49,438 nucleotides of DNA, from the IMG/VR virus record IMGVR_UViG_3300048693_000179, positions 1-49,438 of that record. The stretch is one strand, 5' to 3'. The notes beneath the pieces were generated by a model that saw only the letters and a list, made by a program, of their open reading frames with translations, searched no databases and was not told the origin of the DNA. The translations under genes and the position numbers were made by a program. The DNA is from a virus. Lineage: Duplodnaviria; Caudoviricetes. Shown one piece after another: positions 1 through 9,300 of the stretch (position 1 is its first letter; every line of letters starts with the position of its first letter).

Positions 1-63
1 ACCACTTCTACAACAACCACTGTATGGCCTTCTACTACTACAACATCAACCTTGATTCCGTAA
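1..63 (+). CDS. 3' end of an upstream gene with a Thr-rich tail (possibly major capsid protein)
   Basis: Frame 1 reads TTSTTTTVWPSTTTTSTLIP*, followed by a terminator hairpin. Capsid identity is inferred only from crAss-like gene order. Confidence 0.5.
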   Translation, partial: TTSTTTTVWPSTTTTSTLIP

Positions 64-93
64 TAGTAGGCAAGTAACATAGATTATATAACC

Positions 94-141
94 TAAGCCA
101 GAGGTGAGAGGATACTACTCAATCCTCTGGCTTATTTATTT
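94..141 (+). terminator. Rho-independent terminator
   Basis: TAAGCCAGAGG (94-104) pairs perfectly with CCTCTGGCTTA (124-134), followed by TTTATTT. Confidence 0.75.
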
Positions 142-149
142 AAAGCAAC

Positions 150-713
150 ATGGCAGATTTAAAACTAGACATATTGGTGATCCCAACGTATAATGTAACG
201 ACTCTTGGGGTTGCTGATGCTTCCGTTTACCCAACTAATCCTCCTGTTGTTTCTGGTGCTACAATTGAAATTACGGTTCCTGGATTTGGAACATTTATTA
301 AACCATTCAGCGTTAACGACTTTAACATATTCACCACGTCAAATTTAGGAATAACCCCGCCAGGTATAGATCAACCTCTACCAGATGGGGTTTACCGTTT
401 AAAATACTCTGTAGCTCCTGCATATATAAACTTTGTAGAAAAGTCAATTATGCGTGTTGAACAGCTGCAAGAGAAGTTTGATGGTGCGTTTATGAAGCTC
501 GATATGATGGAATGTGATAGAGCTATTAAGACCCAAGCAAAAGTGGATCTCAACTCTATCTATTTCTTTATGCAGGGAGCTATTGCTGCTGCAAACAACT
601 GTGCTGATCTTGAAGCAACAAAGCTTTATAATCAGGCAGACATGATGCTGAATAATTTTATAAAGAACAATTGTGGGTGCTCTGGAACCAACTACGTTAT
701 AAATTTCTACTAA
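150..713 (+). CDS. Putative virion structural protein (possibly tail-hub-like)
   Basis: 187 aa; beta-rich N-terminus (LPDGVYRLKYSV) and helical C-terminus ending NNCGC. Position and size match crAss-like post-capsid structural genes (inference). Confidence 0.55.
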   Translation: MADLKLDILVIPTYNVTTLGVADASVYPTNPPVVSGATIEITVPGFGTFIKPFSVNDFNIFTTSNLGITPPGIDQPLPDGVYRLKYSVAPAYINFVEKSIMRVEQLQEKFDGAFMKLDMMECDRAIKTQAKVDLNSIYFFMQGAIAAANNCADLEATKLYNQADMMLNNFIKNNCGCSGTNYVINFY

Positions 714-714
714 T

Positions 715-867
715 ATGGCTATGTGTAAAAAATGTGGAGCTAAGGTTGGATGCGGATGTCAATTGATTAACGGTCTTTGTGCTGCATGTAATAGTGCTGT
801 AAAACAAGGAAGAAAACTTATAGGAAATGTTATCACCCAGGCTCACAAATTGTCCAGAGTGCGCTAG
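715..867 (+). CDS. Small Cys-rich protein (50 aa), absent from the ORF track
   Basis: ATG 1 nt after the upstream stop; MAMCKKCGAKVGCGCQLINGLCAACNSAVKQGRKLIGNVITQAHKLSRVR*, pattern CxxC-x5-CGC-x6-CxxC. Confidence 0.6.
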   Translation: MAMCKKCGAKVGCGCQLINGLCAACNSAVKQGRKLIGNVITQAHKLSRVR

Positions 868-1093
868 TATCCCAGCATTGATTGGCGATATAGATTGCAA
901 ACTAGCTTCTCTTGGAAACAATTTGTACAATAATGTTGTGTTTATGTTGAACCAGCCTGTACCTGGAGGGGTGATGCTGGACCTCATAAACTACAGAAGA
1001 ATACTTGTCTACAAGTATTGTAACCCCGATTATGCTGCTCCATTCACGGTGAACATGATCGCGAGTAGAGTAAAACTTTTAAAATATAAATAA
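827..1093 (+). CDS. Small hypothetical virion protein
   Basis: 88 aa with an N-terminal CPEC; its stop abuts the next start at 1094. Confidence 0.6.
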   Translation: MLSPRLTNCPECASIPALIGDIDCKLASLGNNLYNNVVFMLNQPVPGGVMLDLINYRRILVYKYCNPDYAAPFTVNMIASRVKLLKYK

Positions 1094-2197
1094 ATGTCCA
1101 ACATTTGTTCAAATTGCTATAACGGATGTACAGAAACCACATCTGATCAATGTGTAAGATATACGGGCGTGGATGTTCCTATTTTGGGAATCAAGACAGG
1201 AGACTCTCTTTCGTATGTTGAGCAAGCATTGATTACGTTTCTTACATCTACGCTCGATGGAAGCGGAATAATCCTACCCATCAATCCTCAGATTATTTGC
1301 GAGATTGTAAGTAAGAATCTTGTATCATGTGAAGACCTCAGTCTTCCAAATGTAATCAGCGCAATCATCAAAGCTGTATGTGAACTAGACACACGTGTTA
1401 CTGCTCTAGAGGATGACTTTGCTGCTTTAGAAGCATCTTACACTGTGGGATGTCTTACAGGCGTAACTGGTTCCTCTGGAACACATGATATTCTGCAAGC
1501 TGTAATTACAAAGCTTTGTGGCTTAGAGGTGGAGCTTGATGCTCTTGCTCTTGATGTAGACACAAACTATGTAAAGCTCGCTGACCTCAACTCTCTGATT
1601 GCAGCCTACCTTGCTAGTGTTGGAACTAGCACTAAGTATTACAACCGCATGGTTCCTTATGCTGTTGTAGAATACTATGGTACGCTGACAGGTAAGTTTG
1701 ATGGTACAGGTGCAGGTATTGTTGGAACTGATTGGGAGAAAATCTATCTCTGTAATGGCTTAAATGGCACTCCTGATAAAAGAGGACGTGTGCCAGTTGG
1801 TGCTACAACAGGTATGGGTGGAGGAGCTTTCAATCCTGCAGTGGACCCTGCCATAGCTGGTAATCCTGCTTATGCCTTATTGGGAACTGCTGGTTCTAAC
1901 ACTGTGACCCTTTCAGCTACAGAAATCCCTGCTCACTCTCACTCAGCTACAGCTATTGTAACTGACCCTGGACACTTGCATACAATTTCATATGCCCACG
2001 GAGAAGCTGATCAGAATGAACCTGGTGTGTATGGTGATCTCATGGATATGAATGGCACAAAGAGTTCTTCTACTAGCACAAACACAGCAGTTACAGGAGT
2101 TTCTGTGGCAGTGAGTGTTGGTTCTACAGGAGGCGGATTAGCCCATACTAACTACCAGCCTGGTCTGGGATGCTACTACATTATGTATATTCCTTAA
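1094..2197 (+). CDS. Short tail fibre with phage tail-collar domain
   Basis: C-terminal half has the collar signature LCNG..GTPDKRGRVPVGA...TVTLSATEIPAHSH...GGGLAHTNYQP..YIMY; N-terminal Cys-rich docking motif and coiled-coil-like segments. Confidence 0.8.
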   Translation: MSNICSNCYNGCTETTSDQCVRYTGVDVPILGIKTGDSLSYVEQALITFLTSTLDGSGIILPINPQIICEIVSKNLVSCEDLSLPNVISAIIKAVCELDTRVTALEDDFAALEASYTVGCLTGVTGSSGTHDILQAVITKLCGLEVELDALALDVDTNYVKLADLNSLIAAYLASVGTSTKYYNRMVPYAVVEYYGTLTGKFDGTGAGIVGTDWEKIYLCNGLNGTPDKRGRVPVGATTGMGGGAFNPAVDPAIAGNPAYALLGTAGSNTVTLSATEIPAHSHSATAIVTDPGHLHTISYAHGEADQNEPGVYGDLMDMNGTKSSSTSTNTAVTGVSVAVSVGSTGGGLAHTNYQPGLGCYYIMYIP

Positions 2198-2218
2198 TAG
2201 TTAAACTCTTTATATAAA

Positions 2219-2755
2219 ATGTTATTCCTTCCACAAAATCCCTGTTGTACAACAGCTCCACTTGTGACACCCATTTCTTGTGGATGTGATCCTTGTGCTG
2301 CACCCCCTATACCAACTAATAATGTTTCGTACAGTGGGCCCAATCTTTCTTGTACGTTGATTGCAAACTGTGATTCAGCAACTGTAGCTTTCCAAAAGAT
2401 TGACACTCAGATTTGTAGCCTCAAACAGCAAATCTACAATCTTCAGGTGGCTTTGGCTAATTGTTGCCCAACCACTACAACAACGTCCACTTCTACAAGT
2501 TCAACAACAACAACCACCACAACAATTGCTTGTCCTTCTTGTTTGTTCTATTCTGTGACTAATTCAACGTTGTCACCTGTTAATATATCCTACTACCAAT
2601 GTGGAGGGGTTCTTGTAGAAACTTCTGTAGCAGGACCTAGTACGATATATGTATGTGCTTGCGAAGGAACATTAGTTGTGCCTCCTGTACCAGGTGTGTC
2701 ATCAGCTAATCTTGGAGCATGTCCTACAACAACCACTACAACTACTGTAGGGTAA
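2219..2755 (+). CDS. Cys/Thr-rich fibre-like virion protein
   Basis: Docking motif YSGPNL..., short coiled coil, poly-Thr linker, Cys module and poly-Thr tail. Confidence 0.7.
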   Translation: MLFLPQNPCCTTAPLVTPISCGCDPCAAPPIPTNNVSYSGPNLSCTLIANCDSATVAFQKIDTQICSLKQQIYNLQVALANCCPTTTTTSTSTSSTTTTTTTIACPSCLFYSVTNSTLSPVNISYYQCGGVLVETSVAGPSTIYVCACEGTLVVPPVPGVSSANLGACPTTTTTTTVG

Positions 2756-2793
2756 AGTAATAAAAAAGCTCTGTTTGTTGGTTTTCAGGGCTT

Positions 2794-2830
2794 CTCCCTG
2801 GGGTTTCTACCCTGGGGAGTTTTTTTATTT
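2794..2830 (+). terminator. Rho-independent terminator
   Basis: CTCCCTGGGGT-ttct-ACCCTGGGGAG (11-bp stem with 2 G-U pairs) followed by TTTTTTTATTT. Confidence 0.85.
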
Positions 2831-2831
2831 A

Positions 2832-2907
2832 TAACCAACTTGGTTAGAATGGATAACTGGAAAGGTTAAAATAATTTGGAAAATATCAAAAAACCTTCGT
2901 ACCTTTA
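2832..2907 (+). promoter_or_regulatory. Bacteroidota-type promoter preceded by two TAAC-N7-GTTA palindromes
   Basis: TTTG 2875-2878, 21-bp spacer, TACCTTTA 2900-2907 (one mismatch to TAnnTTTG); palindromes at 2832-2846 and 2854-2868. Confidence 0.6.
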
Positions 2908-2935
2908 GGGCAATTTTAATTATAAAAAGTTGCAA

Positions 2936-4186
2936 ATGCCTGAAAATCAATCTCTTCTGCAACAGCTGGAGCAAATGCTTCACTGGAAAAAGAGCAAAAA
3001 GTTCTATGCAGACAAACTAAACATCACAGAAAATGAGGTGGATGAGTTAATGAGGGAGTTGCGAGGATCAGAAGAAATACAGAATGACGCTGAAATTGCG
3101 AACTATATTGGAGAGCTAGAAGACCATGTGGTAAGGTTTTTGGAGGATGTGCAGAAGGGAACAGGTGAGGTGGTGTTCAACTCCAAAGATGAAATTAAGA
3201 GCTTAGACGAGTTAATTGAGAAGTGCAATATTGACACAGAAAAGTGGGAGATAACTAAATACGTACAGAACTACTGGGGTAATGGTAACCAGCCTCATTG
3301 GCAAGTGAAAGCTTGGTTGGGTAAGAAGAAGGATGAGCAAGTGTTTCAAGATAGCTTCATATCCTTCCTAGAAAACTACAAACCAGTATCTCCAGAAATA
3401 ATGGCTCCCAAATATGAGAAAGGTAAAGAGAGTGCTTGCCTAATCATCAATAAACAGGATTCCCATTTAAACAAGCTAGATGTAGGAGGAGAGAATGATA
3501 TCGAACAACGCTTTGGTGATTTCATCCAGAGGGTGGAAATAATCCTAAATCAATCTTCTCTGTCTAACAATCTCACAGATATCAAATACATCATTGGTTC
3601 TGATGAGTTCAATAGTGAATTCACTAACACAACTACAAAGGGCACTCCCCAACAAAACATCCTTTCATATCATGATGCTTTTCAGGCAATATGTGATCAT
3701 GAAGTGAGCGTGATAAACCTGCTCCTTCAGAAAGGAGAAAATGTGGATGTTATATTTGTAGCTGGCAATCATGATGAATATGTAGGATGGCATTTGGCCA
3801 GTTGGTTACAAACCTACTTTAGAAACGAGGAGCGTGTGTTCTTTGATATCTCTCCAAGATATAGGAAGTACGTAAGCTATGGCACCTCAGCATTAATGTT
3901 CAATCATGGAGATGCTCTGAAGCCTGCAAAGCTTGCTGGTTTGTTCCCTATGGAATTTAAGAGTGAGTGGTCAGATCATGAGAATTTCTACATATTTACA
4001 GGTGATAAACACCATGAAATGAGTCTTGATTTCAATGGTATTAAGTTCTATCAGCTCCCTGCATTCTCTACAGCCAAAAGTGGCTGGGATGATAAGAATG
4101 GATACACCATCACTAAAGGTGAGGTGACTGGGTTCTTGATAGATTTACAAGACGGAATAACGAATATATTCAAACAGTATTTATAA
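2936..4186 (+). CDS. Calcineurin-like metallophosphoesterase with N-terminal HTH-like segment
   Basis: Motifs DSH, GSDEFN, GNHD, HGD and GDKHH in canonical order; N-terminal YADKLNITENEVDELM resembles an HTH. ATG at 2936 preferred over TTG at 2930. Confidence 0.8.
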   Translation: MPENQSLLQQLEQMLHWKKSKKFYADKLNITENEVDELMRELRGSEEIQNDAEIANYIGELEDHVVRFLEDVQKGTGEVVFNSKDEIKSLDELIEKCNIDTEKWEITKYVQNYWGNGNQPHWQVKAWLGKKKDEQVFQDSFISFLENYKPVSPEIMAPKYEKGKESACLIINKQDSHLNKLDVGGENDIEQRFGDFIQRVEIILNQSSLSNNLTDIKYIIGSDEFNSEFTNTTTKGTPQQNILSYHDAFQAICDHEVSVINLLLQKGENVDVIFVAGNHDEYVGWHLASWLQTYFRNEERVFFDISPRYRKYVSYGTSALMFNHGDALKPAKLAGLFPMEFKSEWSDHENFYIFTGDKHHEMSLDFNGIKFYQLPAFSTAKSGWDDKNGYTITKGEVTGFLIDLQDGITNIFKQYL

Positions 4187-4914
4187 TGTCAACTTTTAGG
4201 AAGTTAGTTTCAGATGCGCGCTCTATGCACAAGTTGCTCTCCACGGACAACTTGATCACGGATAGGGCTATCATGTCTGAAATTAAGAACAATGCCTTCC
4301 TCTTGATAAAGCGTGAGACTAACTTGAGGAAGTTATGGGCAACCGATACAGTTTTTACTACCGTTCCGTGTTTGGAAATGGTGGAAGTTCCTATTTCTGA
4401 ATGCTGTGATTATGCTGATCCTTGTACAGTGGCTAGAACAAAATTCAAGCTTCCTAGGATTACAGAGGGTAATTATCAGTATGTTATTCAGGGTGTTTAT
4501 TCAATTAACGCCATGAGTGGACAAGGAAAGAAACTTAAGGAAATAACCATCAACCGATACGTGAATTTGCTCAAGCTTCCAATAATCAAGAAGGAAGAAT
4601 ACTATTGGATTTCTAATGGATATCTGTATGTGAACAATCCTCTGTTGAAAGCAATAAGACTTGTTGCTCTATTCGAGGAAGATGTTCCAAATGAGATAAT
4701 GTATCCAGAATGTGGATGCGGCACTCCAGATTACACCACAGAACAACTGTGTTTAAATCCGTTAGACAAAGAATCCCCTGTTCCTGGCTACCTGGAAAAG
4801 CAGGTGTTGGAACTCACTTCTCAGAAGCTTCTCTCCACGTATTTCAAATTGAAAACAGACATCACAAGTGATGGCGTTGATGGTCAAGCACCTAACGCTC
4901 CAAACTTGAGATAA
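4186..4914 (+). CDS. crAss-like tail ring / structural protein
   Basis: N-terminal ...DNLITDRAI...LLIKR...PCLEMVEV..ECC...C.V.RTK.KLP resembles Crassvirales ring proteins; lies before the IHF-like and tubular genes; TAATG overlap with the previous gene. Confidence 0.65.
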   Translation: MSTFRKLVSDARSMHKLLSTDNLITDRAIMSEIKNNAFLLIKRETNLRKLWATDTVFTTVPCLEMVEVPISECCDYADPCTVARTKFKLPRITEGNYQYVIQGVYSINAMSGQGKKLKEITINRYVNLLKLPIIKKEEYYWISNGYLYVNNPLLKAIRLVALFEEDVPNEIMYPECGCGTPDYTTEQLCLNPLDKESPVPGYLEKQVLELTSQKLLSTYFKLKTDITSDGVDGQAPNAPNLR

Positions 4915-4917
4915 GAC

Positions 4918-5394
4918 ATGAGAATAAAGATAGACTGGAGAAGCGCCAGCAAAGAAAACTACATCAGTTTCTGTAAGAAACATCCGTCCATCAAACTCAC
5001 TTTCGATCAATGGAGAAACATCATCTATTCATTTAATGATGCTTTCAAAGAGTACATCCTTGAGACAGGAGAACGAGCAAAGCTACCTTTTGGTTTTGGT
5101 GAGTTTGCAATAAACAAGAAAAAGCGCAGGAAGATAAAAGGAGTTGATGGGAAAGAGTTTGTCAACCTTCCTATTGACTGGAAAAAGACAAGGGAGAAAG
5201 GCAAGCGCATCTACAACTTCAACTTTCACACAGAGGGATTCTTTTTTGGATGGATGTGGTTCAAGACAACAGCTAGATTCAAACATTCTCAGCTGTGGTA
5301 TTTTAAACCTTCCAGAAACACGTCTAGGCTTCTTTCACATTACATAAACGCTGATGATAAATATCAGCATCTCTATCACGAATGGAAAAAGTAA
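4918..5394 (+). CDS. IHF/HU-like DNA-binding protein (crAss-like)
   Basis: Basic 158-aa protein with ILETGERAKLPFGFGEFAINKKKRR (HU/IHF-type beta-arm signature); syntenic position before the tail tubular gene. Confidence 0.7.
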   Translation: MRIKIDWRSASKENYISFCKKHPSIKLTFDQWRNIIYSFNDAFKEYILETGERAKLPFGFGEFAINKKKRRKIKGVDGKEFVNLPIDWKKTREKGKRIYNFNFHTEGFFFGWMWFKTTARFKHSQLWYFKPSRNTSRLLSHYINADDKYQHLYHEWKK

Positions 5395-5399
5395 AATAG

Positions 5400-6371
5400 A
5401 TGTCATACTATTACAAATATAATTTCATCAGTCCTGAGCCTGTGTATGCCACCGTTAAGGAGGAATTCAAAAGCTATTTTGACACAGGAGCTGTTGATGA
5501 TTTGATGTTCCCCACCTACCTGGACAAATGTCTCAGGAAGCTGGGTAGAACCACTTATGTGATTTCTCAGGAAATCCTACACATCTGTGATTATGAGGCT
5601 AGGCTCCCAGATAACTTTTATGCCGTTCGTGAAGCTTGGATGTGTACAGCTGTAAATGGTTTTCCTTATCAGCAAGCTAATTCATTCTACTCACAGGCTG
5701 CTAGTTCTACAACAATTCAGGTGAGTCCTGTAATTGTATACGGTAATCCTTGTGAAGAGGGTAATTGTGGTCAAGAGTTTTGTCCTAAGTGTATGCCTAA
5801 CTTGGTTCAGGCTGTCTACAAGACAAACAACCAAGCTGCTGTTACCTATCGAAAGGAATATCTTCTCAAACCTGGTAATATCTCCGCACAGGGTAACTGT
5901 GGTGTAGACTATACCAACAACTGGGAATTCTATCAGGAGGCACCTCCACTTAATGAATTTACCCCTGGTTCCTCTTGGTATGACTCATTTGACATTAGAG
6001 ACAATAAGTTTGTCACTAACTTCCGCAATGGTATTGTTCACCTTCTTTTCTATGCTACAGAATATGATGCTGGTGGAAACCAGTTAATTCCTGACAACTA
6101 TCGTATCAGGGAGTTTGTTGAAGCTTTCATTAAGTACAAGGTGGTAGAAACTCTCACCAACCAAACTAATGATGAGACATACAATCAGCTAGAGAGGAAG
6201 ATGATGAACTATAAACAACAGGCTGATGAAGCGTTCATCATGGCTGATATTGAGATTAAGAAGCAAGATCCTTGGACTAAACAACGTAGGATTAAGAACG
6301 ACCTTAACAGATTTAATATGTATGAACTCCCCAATCGTACTAACAGATATGGTTGGAGACGTAATAACTAA
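5400..6371 (+). CDS. Tail tubular / first ring protein (P22 gp4-like)
   Basis: 323 aa between the IHF-like and stabilization genes; motifs ARLPDNF and FVTNFRNG.V.L.FYA...GNQLIPDN....EAFIKYK. Confidence 0.65.
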   Translation: MSYYYKYNFISPEPVYATVKEEFKSYFDTGAVDDLMFPTYLDKCLRKLGRTTYVISQEILHICDYEARLPDNFYAVREAWMCTAVNGFPYQQANSFYSQAASSTTIQVSPVIVYGNPCEEGNCGQEFCPKCMPNLVQAVYKTNNQAAVTYRKEYLLKPGNISAQGNCGVDYTNNWEFYQEAPPLNEFTPGSSWYDSFDIRDNKFVTNFRNGIVHLLFYATEYDAGGNQLIPDNYRIREFVEAFIKYKVVETLTNQTNDETYNQLERKMMNYKQQADEAFIMADIEIKKQDPWTKQRRIKNDLNRFNMYELPNRTNRYGWRRNN

Positions 6372-6376
6372 CAGTA

Positions 6377-9300
6377 ATGGCTGAACAGGAACAAGGCAAT
6401 ATTAGACAGGAGTATAACAATGCTACCACTGGTCTTAACATGGACCAAACCCCTAACCAAATTCCGAAGGGGAAATTAACGTATGCATTAAATGCTGCTG
6501 TTGAGAACTATGATGCTAATTCTGTAAACTATCAGAATGAGCCTGGGAACGAACTTTGTGTTACGTTCCCTTCTGGCTTTGTGCTTATAGGTAATCACTT
6601 CATCCAAGAGAAGAATAAACACATATTCTTCATCACCAATCCTGATACAGGAGATAGTCAGATTGGATATATGGAGAACAACGACTGTATATATCGTGTT
6701 ATTGTAAATGCTCCTTGCCTCAACTTTAATACTAGCTATCCCATCCATAAGGTGGCGCATAAGATTACTAATTGCACCACTGAGATATATTGGACAGATG
6801 GATACAATCCTAGAAGATATCTGGACATTGATAATATTCCAAAAGTTCTAAAATCTGGAACTCCGTTCTGTGATCCGAAATATACAGATGATCTGGATTG
6901 CAACCAGCTTAAGCTTCAACCCAATTTTAACATCCCTCAACTAGAGGTAACTAATGTCACTAACACAGGAAACCTGATTGCTGGTACATATCAGTTTGCT
7001 ATTCAGTATTCTGATGCTCAGGGTAATCCTTACACTTCCTATTATTCTGTTACTAACCCAACACCTATTGCTGATGAGTTTATTACATCAGTGAACTTCA
7101 ACTATGCTGTTGGAAAGTCCATCATCCTCAATATAAGCAATCTTGAGGACACTGGATTGTATCAGTATTTCAACCTAGCGGTGATTAAGACAGTTAATGA
7201 CATCACTTCTGTTGAGTTGGTTGGCACCTATTACATTGATGCTGTTCAGAAGGAAATCACATACACTGGTCAGAATGTTACACAAATCAGACTAACCATC
7301 AATGATATATTCGAGAAGTTCCCTTATTACGACATTGCACAGGATCTCACTGTTGCGCAGGATGTCTTAATATGGGACAATCTTACATCTATTGATCGTA
7401 TCAACTACCAAAGCATTGCTAGTCAAATTCCTCTATTGTGGGAAAGCTGGAGAATTCCTGCTAATGAAAACTATGCAGATGAATTGAATGCCACCAATCT
7501 TAGAGGTTATCTGAGAGATGAGGTGTATGCTTTTGAGATAGTGTTCTTGCTTAAGAACGGTAAACAAACTGATGGGTTTCATATTCCTGGTAGAATCAAA
7601 GGTCCTGCAGAGAACCTGCAACCTGATGTACCAGACACCAACCCAGACTTTATAGGCGTTCCTGATTACACATCTGGAGGAGTGGGATATAGCCCATATT
7701 GGAAAATCTACAACACAGGATCGGTACTTGGTACAAGTCCTGGATATTCTCCAGCTCCTGACTACAAAGGTCCATATCAGTATGGTCAATTTGGATACTG
7801 GGAGTCTACAGACACCTATCCATGTAACAAAGATGTATGGGGAGATCTTGCTGGTCAACCTATCAGACACCACAAGTTTCCTGATATAAATGTAAGTCCT
7901 GCTTACGAATCTAAGATATTTACAGGACCTTCAGGTATGGTGATGGGTAATGATGCTGTGTTCCCTATTGGTGTACAGATTGATGTACAACTTGTGAGCT
8001 CACTCATTCAGACATCCAACCTTACACCAGAGCAAAAGGATGATATCGTAGCATTCAAAATCATCCGTGCTGATCGTGGCACAAACAAATCTATTGTTGC
8101 TAAGGGCATCCTTAGGAACGTAAATACATATGAGAGGGAAGAAGAAACTTACTACTACCCTAACTACCCATATAACGATCTTAACTCAGATCCATTCCTT
8201 AATACAACAAACAATGCCTATTCACAAATCTGTGATGGATACACTGTATTCATAGATACACTTGTTGTAGACCCTGCAGGTGGACCATCTTTTGCAGAAG
8301 TGGAATGGACAGATTGTAATACAAACAAAGTTACAAAGAAGAAACTCTTCACTATTGGTCAACATCCATTTTGTTCAATTGGTAAACCTACAATTCTTGG
8401 TCCTGCAACAGGCAAGGTGGGGCTTTCTACATATGAAGTGTGGACAGCTCAGGTTTGTAATCCTAGCCCTTTTGCATTTGCTAGAGGTGGTAGAATTGAA
8501 TGGAATGACATCTACACAGGTGTCACTACACAATGGGTGAATGGGTGGCCAACATCTCCAGTGTATACATTGTATGTAGTTCCTGGCACAGGTGGCCCTG
8601 TACAGATTGAGGGCCCTGGTGAAATATGTTTCACTGGACCTACATTAGTAACAGGGGCTAATTGCAAAGCTGAAACTCCTCAACCTGGTGTTACAGAGAA
8701 ATACAGACAGATATTCAACTCTCCTGAAACTTCCTTTGGACAGCCATTCTTAGGTGGTGTTCTGAAGCTTGAGAGTGTAATGTTTGGTAGAGGTAAGGGT
8801 CACTTTGTTGAGGTGAGAGATAACGCCAAGTATAAGCTGTTGACAGAAGAAGCTCAGCGTGATGCTCTTGAAAGTGCTGAAGAACTAGGTGATGTAACTA
8901 CACCGTTTAATGCCACTGCTATGTTCACAGCATATCAGGCGTATTTGACAATATATATCAATGGTATCACGAGGAAGAACTATGCCTACTCTTTCAACTC
9001 TATAGGTGATTATAACTATGGTGTGGGAGTTCCTGATAACCAAGGAATTAAGCAAAGAACCCTTGACATTGCTAGATACCTCATTCCTGGTGTGCAGAAC
9101 GTTGGTGACCTATATAACATCAACAACTTCCAGAGAGAATCATCTGTCTACCTGAGAACCGATCTTAACAAGACAGCGCTTCCTTTCCCAGACCAAAGTC
9201 CTAACATGTTGTCTGCAGGAAGTCCAATAGTTACAGACATATCAAGATTCACTATATCAGAAAGAAACAAATGTCAAGCTCCTGCTAAGGAAGAAGACAT

